From Candidatus Eiseniibacteriota bacterium (GTDB lineage Bacteria > Eisenbacteria > RBG-16-71-46): a stretch of 64,000 nucleotides of DNA. The notes beneath the pieces were generated by a model, which saw only the letters and a program-made list of their open reading frames with translations, was not told the DNA's origin and did not search any database. Both the position numbers and the translations under genes were made by a program. Of this stretch, positions 57,928 to 64,000 are shown piece by piece. How positions within the stretch are numbered: the stretch's first letter is position 1; every line of letters begins with the position of its first letter. The stretch is taken from positions 512,001-576,000 of the forward strand of contig OY970178.1 of the NCBI GenBank assembly GCA_963707915.1. Direction: 5' to 3'.

Positions 57928-60900
57928 TGAACATGAACCCGCTCGATCCGCACGACTCGAAGGAAGCCCCCCGCCGGGGCGAAGACGCGCGGCCCCCCCG
58001 GCACGAGGGCGTGGTCGAGTCCCTCCGGGAGGAGGTCCAGGAGCTGCACGACCGTGTCGAGGACGCGGTGGAGCACGCCCTGCCGCCCCGGGCGCGGTGG
58101 TCGGCGGGGCGCATCGCCTGGCTCATCGTGCTCTCGACGCTCGGCCTCCTGGCGGTGCTGGTCGGCGGCGGCGTGGCGTGGCTGACCCAGCACACGCAGT
58201 ACGTCGCGGGCACCCTCACCGGGGTCGTCAACCGCGTGCTGGCCGACCACAGCGACGTCGTGCTCGAGGTGCGCGACGTGCGCGGCAACCCGTTCCGGAG
58301 CGTGACCATCGTCGCGCCCCGCCTGCGCTTCCGCGGCGACTCCGGACCGGCGCTGCTCGAGGCGCGCTCGATGGTGCTGCGTTTCGCGCCCTGGGACCTC
58401 GCCTTCGGCAGCCGGCGCTCGCTCGAGATCGGTCTCGAGCGGCCCGTCGTCCACCTGGCCCGCGGCGCGGACGGGAAGCTGCGCCTCCCGCGCTGGCGCT
58501 CGGGGCCGGCGGGACGGGGGCCGGCGCGCGAGTTCGACGTGCGCCTGTCGATCGGCGGCGGGGAGGTCCACGCCCCCGATTCGAGCCTGGACATCCGTGG
58601 CCTGGAATTGCGCGCGCGCGCGCAGCTCGGGAGGCTGGACGAGATCGAGGTGCTGGGCATGAGCTGGGCGCGGGGCCCGCTGGACACGCGGCTCGAGGCG
58701 CTGCGCGGGCGGCTGGTCGCCGGCGACAGCACGCGCTTCGAGCTCGCCGAACTGCGCACTCCGGACCTGGCGCTCTCGGCGAAGGGCGGCTGGCGGCGGG
58801 GCGGACCGGCGCGATTCGCAGCGGTCGATCTCGTGCAGGTGCGCTGGCGCTGGCTGGCGAAGGTGTTCAGGAACCCGCTGTTCGATGTGCCGGGCGAGGG
58901 CGGAGGCCACTTCGACGTGCGCTTCGACCGCGCGGTCAGCGGCACGGGCACGGCCGAGGCGGTGTGGGACAGCGTGCCGTTGAAGGCGCGCGCCGGGTTC
59001 CGATGGGAACGCGGCCGGTTGACGGTGGCCCCGCTGGACGGCGTCTCGCCGGCCGGCGCGTTCCGCGGGCGGGTGGTGTACACGGCGCGCGACCTCGATA
59101 TCCGCGCCGCCGTGACCCACGGCAACCCGGTCTTCTGGCGCGCCATCGGTCTCGCGGGCTGGCCGGCGGGTGACCTGACCGGCGAGATGCACTACTGGTC
59201 GTGGCGCGCGGCGCCCGCCGGCTCGCGTTTCGAGGCGGAACTGGGCGCTTCGGAGCTGGCGGGCTGGCGGGCGGACTCGGCGCACGTCCAGGTCGACGCC
59301 CCGTCGCAGGCGCCGGGCACGTTCGACGTCCTGATGCACCGTCGGGGCGGCCGCGTCGACCTGCACGCCGGCATGGACCACGGCGCCTGGCAGGGGACCT
59401 GGCAGGCCACGCGCTTCCCGCTCGACGAATGGCCGGACGGACGGGCCACGGACATCCGGGGGCTGCTGGGCGAGGGGCGCGGGACCGTGGAGAGCCGGAG
59501 CGGTGCCCTGCGGGTCGCCGGCCGGCTCGCCGGCAGCCCGGCCAGCTGGCTCGGGATGCAGGCCGGCTCGTGGCGGCTCGGCGAGGTGAGCGGGGCCCTG
59601 CTGCCGAAACCGGACCTCGTGCTGAGCGACGTGGCGCTGCGGGACGTGTTCTTCCTGGGCGTGCACTTCGACAGCGCGCGTGCCGTCGTGCGCGTGGGAG
59701 ACGGCGAGGCGCGGCTCGAGCAGGTGACGGCGGCGGGGGGCGACACGGTGGTGACCGCCGCCGGGGCCAGCCGGTGGGGAAAGGCGGGGTGGGGGACGAC
59801 GCTGGCGCGGGCCGCGGCCCGCAGCAGGCAATTCGACTGGGTCGCGGAGGGGCCCCTGGAGCTGGAGGGCGACAAGGAGGGCGTGACGTTCCGGCGCTTC
59901 GCGGCCCGTGACGGCGAGGCCCGGCTCGAGATCGAGGGCCGTTGGGCCGCGCCCGGGGGCAGCTACGACTGGACCGGGAGCGCTGCGGGCCTCGACCTGC
60001 ACCGCCTCGGCCTGCCGCCCGAGTGGGAGCTGGCCGGGACGGCGGACGCGGTCCTCAGGGTCACGGGCCGCTCGGGCGACCCGCGCTGGACACTCGAAGG
60101 CCGGGCGCTGCGCCCGGGCGCGCTGGGACACCGCGGCGACTCGCTGCGCATCGCGCTCTCGGGCGCGCCGTCGCGCGTGACGGTGGAGGACTTCGTCTAC
60201 CGCCTCGGGAGCGGCTCGCTCCGGGCCGCCGTCGTGTTCGAGGGGACGGGCAGGGCGTGGCCGGACACGCTGACCGGGCCGGGCGTGACCCGGTGGTTGT
60301 CGAGCGCGGGGGCCTGGAACGGACGGATGGAGGCGGATGGCTTCCCGCTCGACCGGCTCGGACGGCTGGTGCCGGGGGCGCGGGGCGTGTCGGGCCGGCT
60401 TTCGGGGACGCTGGGCCTGGCAGGACGACCCGCAGTACCGCTGCTCGACCTGCGTGCGGAGGCGGCGCCGCTCGCATGGGACAGCCTGGCGGCGGAGCGC
60501 GTCGTCCTGCGCGCGAGCTACCGCGACGAGCGCGTCGACGTGCCGGAGCTGCGGCTGGTCCGCGCCAGCAGCGTCTCGACCGCCTCGGGCAGCCTGCCCC
60601 TGCGCCTCGCGCTGGGCGCGCTGCCGGTGATGCCGGAAGCGCCCATGAACGGGCGCGTGGACCTGGAGAACGGGGACCTCGCCATCCTGCCGCAGTGGGT
60701 CCCGCAGATCGCGGCCGCCCGGGGCCGCCTCGACCTGCACGGCACGGTGGGCGGCACGCCGCGGCATCCGGACCTCGCCGGCTCCGCGCTGGTGCGCGAC
60801 GGCCAGTTGCTGATCTCCGGCCGGAGCGAGCTGATCGAGGGCCTGAGGGCCGACTTCCGGCTCGAGGAGACGCGCATCACCATGGACAGCCTGTTCGCGC

Positions 60901-62114
60901 GCTCGGGGCGCCGGGGCACGGTGCGCGCCGCGGGGGCGATCGACTTCGACGGCGGACGGATGAAGCACTACGCCTTCCGCCTCGCCATGAACGGCTTCAC
61001 CGCGGTGGAGCCGGGCCTCTACGCGGCGGAGTTCGACGCGCCCCGGCTCACGGTCACCGACGGGCCGCGCCTGAACGGCCAGGTGCTCCCGCACGTGGAG
61101 GGTGACGTGACCCTGCGCGGCGCGCGGGTGCTGTTCGACTTCGCCAACCAGAGCGAGACCCAGCAACTGGCGGCGCGCACCCAGCCGCTCTACTGGACGT
61201 ACCGCATCCGGCTGCTGGCGAACAGCAACCTGCGCTGGCAGCCGCCCGACGGCGACATCGAGTTCAACGCGGACCTCACGCTCGAGCAGACCGAGCAGAC
61301 CCTCGGGATCTTCGGGGACCTGAGCGCGCTGCGCGGGACCTACGACTTCCTGAGCAACCGGTTCAACGTGGCCGTGGCGGACCTGACGTTCGACAACGTC
61401 GGTGGCGTCAACCCGACGCTGGACATCGAGGCGACCACCCGCGTGGTGCCGGTGGCCCGCGCGACCGGGGGCGGCGAGCTGCAGGGCGGGTCGGGCGCGG
61501 CGGGGAAGGTCCACACCATCACCGTGCGGATCAGCGGCCGGGCCGCCACCCCGACCATCGTGTTCGAGAGCGACCCGGGCGACTGGGACCAGCCCACCAT
61601 CCTGAGCCAGCTGACGGTGGGTCGTTTCCTGGGCGGCGGAACGCTGAGTCAGTTGCCGGTCCTCAGCGGCGGCACCATGGTCGCGCAGCTCAGCGACCCG
61701 CTCGACAGCTACGTGACGCGGAAGATCAACGACCAGCTCTCGCCGCTGCTGTCCCGCACCTTCCTGCGGGACGTCGGGCAGTGGCGGCTGGAGCGGCAGC
61801 AGGGCGGCCTGTTCGGCGGTCGGGGGGAGCTGTTCGTGACCCTCGCCCAGCAGTTCAACTCGCGGATGCAGGCCAGCTTCAGCCAGCGGCTGCCAGGCTT
61901 CGAACGGCCCGGTGCCGCGAGCCTCGGGAGCACGGGCACGGTGAATTCCATCGAGCAGGGGCTGCTGGAGCGCAACGTGGCGCTCGAGTACCGGATCAAC
62001 CGGTTCTTCTTCGTCACGACCGAGCTGGCCCAGCGGCGCACGCAGACCGCGACCACGGTCCCGACGCTGGTGCCGGAATTCAACGTCAACCTGAAGGCGC
62101 GCTGGGAATACTGA
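57927..62114 (+). CDS. tamB: Translocation and assembly module TamB (AsmA-like)
   Basis: N-terminal TM anchor and about 1390 aa of beta-rich repeats. The C-terminal region is DUF490-like (G.YDFLSNRF, NPTLDIEA, LEYRINR, ARWEY). Confidence 0.8.
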   Translation: MNMNPLDPHDSKEAPRRGEDARPPRHEGVVESLREEVQELHDRVEDAVEHALPPRARWSAGRIAWLIVLSTLGLLAVLVGGGVAWLTQHTQYVAGTLTGVVNRVLADHSDVVLEVRDVRGNPFRSVTIVAPRLRFRGDSGPALLEARSMVLRFAPWDLAFGSRRSLEIGLERPVVHLARGADGKLRLPRWRSGPAGRGPAREFDVRLSIGGGEVHAPDSSLDIRGLELRARAQLGRLDEIEVLGMSWARGPLDTRLEALRGRLVAGDSTRFELAELRTPDLALSAKGGWRRGGPARFAAVDLVQVRWRWLAKVFRNPLFDVPGEGGGHFDVRFDRAVSGTGTAEAVWDSVPLKARAGFRWERGRLTVAPLDGVSPAGAFRGRVVYTARDLDIRAAVTHGNPVFWRAIGLAGWPAGDLTGEMHYWSWRAAPAGSRFEAELGASELAGWRADSAHVQVDAPSQAPGTFDVLMHRRGGRVDLHAGMDHGAWQGTWQATRFPLDEWPDGRATDIRGLLGEGRGTVESRSGALRVAGRLAGSPASWLGMQAGSWRLGEVSGALLPKPDLVLSDVALRDVFFLGVHFDSARAVVRVGDGEARLEQVTAAGGDTVVTAAGASRWGKAGWGTTLARAAARSRQFDWVAEGPLELEGDKEGVTFRRFAARDGEARLEIEGRWAAPGGSYDWTGSAAGLDLHRLGLPPEWELAGTADAVLRVTGRSGDPRWTLEGRALRPGALGHRGDSLRIALSGAPSRVTVEDFVYRLGSGSLRAAVVFEGTGRAWPDTLTGPGVTRWLSSAGAWNGRMEADGFPLDRLGRLVPGARGVSGRLSGTLGLAGRPAVPLLDLRAEAAPLAWDSLAAERVVLRASYRDERVDVPELRLVRASSVSTASGSLPLRLALGALPVMPEAPMNGRVDLENGDLAILPQWVPQIAAARGRLDLHGTVGGTPRHPDLAGSALVRDGQLLISGRSELIEGLRADFRLEETRITMDSLFARSGRRGTVRAAGAIDFDGGRMKHYAFRLAMNGFTAVEPGLYAAEFDAPRLTVTDGPRLNGQVLPHVEGDVTLRGARVLFDFANQSETQQLAARTQPLYWTYRIRLLANSNLRWQPPDGDIEFNADLTLEQTEQTLGIFGDLSALRGTYDFLSNRFNVAVADLTFDNVGGVNPTLDIEATTRVVPVARATGGGELQGGSGAAGKVHTITVRISGRAATPTIVFESDPGDWDQPTILSQLTVGRFLGGGTLSQLPVLSGGTMVAQLSDPLDSYVTRKINDQLSPLLSRTFLRDVGQWRLERQQGGLFGGRGELFVTLAQQFNSRMQASFSQRLPGFERPGAASLGSTGTVNSIEQGLLERNVALEYRINRFFFVTTELAQRRTQTATTVPTLVPEFNVNLKARWEY

Positions 62115-62293
62115 CCCTCGGGGGCCGGGGATCGCGATGGGCGAGCGCAGGGTGCCCCGGCTCGCCCTGAGCGGTCCGCGGTCCGGTCGCTTCGCGGCGG
62201 GTCGCCCGGGCGGGCGGAGGTTGGACGGCCCCGCAGCGTTCCGCTAGATTGCGCGCGACCTCCTCCACCACCTCCCCGACCCGACGAGCGCCC

Positions 62294-64000
62294 TTGGACC
62301 TCCTCGAGAGCCTCAATCCCGAACAGCGTGCCGCCGTCGAGCACCCCGGAGGGGCGCTGCTCGTCATCGCCGGCGCCGGCAGCGGCAAGACCCGCGTGCT
62401 CACCGCCCGGGTCGCGCGGTTGCTCGCGGACGGCGTGCCGCCGCGCGGGATCCTCGCGTTCACGTTCACCAACCGCGCCGCGCGCGAGATGCGGGCACGG
62501 ATCGACGCCGCGGTGGCTTCGTTCCTGCCGGCGGGCTCCGCGGCCGGCGAGATGTGGGTGGGGACGTTCCACGCGACCTGCGTGCGGCTGCTGCGGCGCG
62601 AGGCGGAGGCGGCGGGTATCCCGCGCGGATTCGCGATCTACGACCGCGAGGACCAGGAGACCGTGATCCGCGGCCTGGTCAAGAAGCTCGAGCTCCCGGA
62701 GGCGGCGTACCGGGTCGGGATGGTGCTCGCGCGCATCTCGGACGCCAAGAACGCGCTGGTGGGTCCGACGGAGTTCGCGGGCGCGGCGGCCAGCCCGCAC
62801 GAGCGTCGGCTGGCGGAGCTCTACGGTCTCTACCAGCGTGAGCTGGCGTGCAGCGGGGCGCTGGATTTCGACGACCTGATCGGCTCGACGGTGCGGCTGC
62901 TGCTGGAGCGGCCCGACGTGGCCGAGCGCTACGGGCGGCGCTTCCAGCACGTGCTGGTGGACGAGTACCAGGACACCAACCACGCCCAGTTCCGGCTGGT
63001 GCACGCGCTGGCGGCGGTGCACGGCAACCTGTTCGTGGTCGGCGACGACGACCAGTCGATCTACGGCTGGCGCGGCGCGGACCTGTCGAACGTGCTCGAG
63101 TTCGAGCGGGCCTTCCCGGGTTCGACGGTGCTGCGGCTCGAACAGAACTACCGCTCGACCGGGAACATCCTCGGCGCGGCGAACGCGGTGATCGCGCACA
63201 ACCGGGCGCGCAAGGGGAAGACCCTGTGGTGCGAGCGCGAGGCGGGGGCCCGGCTGCGCTTCGCGCTGGCGACCGACGAGTCCGACGAAGCCCGGCGCGT
63301 GCGGCGCTTCCTCGAGGAGCGCGTGCGGCGCGGGGGTCGGCTGGACGAGGTCGCCGTGCTGTACCGCACGAACGCCCAGTCGCGCGCGCTCGAGTCGGAG
63401 CTGCTCCACCAGGGGATGGCGTACGAGATCGTCGGGGGCGTGCCCTTCTACCAGCGGCGCGAGGTGAAGGACCTGCTGGCGTACCTGCGGGTGGCGGTGA
63501 ACCCCGCGGACGCGGTGGCCTTCTGGCGCATCTGGAACACTCCGCGGCGCGGCCTGGGGGCGGCGGTCCGCGCCGCGGTCGAGGCCGTGGTGTCGGGGCG
63601 CGGTGCCACCCCCGTCGAGGCGCTGCGCGTGCTCGTCCGCGAGGACGGCCTCGCGCGGGCGGCGGCGCAGGGGGCCGAGCGGCTGCTCGGCGTGATCGAC
63701 GAGCTGGCCGGTCGGCTCGAGGACCCGGTGGACGTCCTCCTCATGCGGTTGCTGGCGGGCACGGACTACCTGCGCCACCTCGAGTCGCTGGGGGAGGAGA
63801 ATCACGAGGACCGCCGGGCCAACGTCGAGGAGCTGGTGGCGACCGCCGGGGGCTTCGCGGCGCGTGGCGAGGGCACGCTCGCGGACTTCCTCGCCGAGAC
63901 CTCGCTGCTCAGCGACGCCGACCGGCTGGCCGAGGGCGTGGACCGCGTGCTGCTGCTGACGGCGCACAACGCGAAGGGACTCGAGTTCGACGCGGTCGTG
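62294..64000 (+). CDS. pcrA: ATP-dependent DNA helicase PcrA/UvrD (3' partial)
   Basis: LNPEQRAAV, AGAGSGKTRVLT, FTFTNRAAREM, DEYQDTN, VGDDDQSIYGWRGA, LEQNYRST, LTAHNAKGLEF. Confidence 0.95.
   Translation, partial: MDLLESLNPEQRAAVEHPGGALLVIAGAGSGKTRVLTARVARLLADGVPPRGILAFTFTNRAAREMRARIDAAVASFLPAGSAAGEMWVGTFHATCVRLLRREAEAAGIPRGFAIYDREDQETVIRGLVKKLELPEAAYRVGMVLARISDAKNALVGPTEFAGAAASPHERRLAELYGLYQRELACSGALDFDDLIGSTVRLLLERPDVAERYGRRFQHVLVDEYQDTNHAQFRLVHALAAVHGNLFVVGDDDQSIYGWRGADLSNVLEFERAFPGSTVLRLEQNYRSTGNILGAANAVIAHNRARKGKTLWCEREAGARLRFALATDESDEARRVRRFLEERVRRGGRLDEVAVLYRTNAQSRALESELLHQGMAYEIVGGVPFYQRREVKDLLAYLRVAVNPADAVAFWRIWNTPRRGLGAAVRAAVEAVVSGRGATPVEALRVLVREDGLARAAAQGAERLLGVIDELAGRLEDPVDVLLMRLLAGTDYLRHLESLGEENHEDRRANVEELVATAGGFAARGEGTLADFLAETSLLSDADRLAEGVDRVLLLTAHNAKGLEFDAVV

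Overview
This is a very GC-rich window from a diderm bacterium, coded almost entirely on the + strand and mostly core genome. The rplM-rpsI-rpsB-tsf order and overall gene content suggest an FCB-related lineage such as Ca. Eisenbacteria, but that is inference only. Gene order: TPR protein; pilMNOPQ-aroK plus a LolB/DUF4292-like and LolA-like pair; rsmD-coaD-pta-FmdB zinc ribbon-aconitase-like-obgE-HEAT-dprA-lipid A acyltransferase-thioesterase; DUF3467-like (the only minus-strand gene) divergent from a GAF sensor kinase-like gene; tRNA-Phe and tRNA-Thr; glmM-glmS-ridA-selD(UGA/Sec)-selC; lepA-lepB-hemW-hrcA-grpE-dnaJ-rsmE; rpsU-cvpA-mutS2-dnaG-rpoD; tRNA-Ile2/Met and tRNA-Val; zinc-ribbon protein, frameshifted patatin, RNase HI, rnpB; recJ-rel-dtd-maf; rplM-rpsI-rpsB-tsf-pyrH-frr-uppS-cdsA-dxr-rseP-tamA-tamB; partial pcrA/uvrD. 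No CRISPR array, transposase or integrase was seen. The most unusual signals are: (1) an intact, full-length aconitase homologue in which the Fe-S ligands and recognisable catalytic motifs are all replaced; (2) a sensor kinase-like protein with His->Gln in the H-box, behind a sigma54-type promoter with a probable CTG start; (3) a sigma28-type promoter in front of pilM; (4) a selenoprotein SelD next to tRNA-Sec; (5) several apparently leaderless genes; and (6) about seven +1 frameshifts between 36.7 and 42.7 kb that look like assembly errors.
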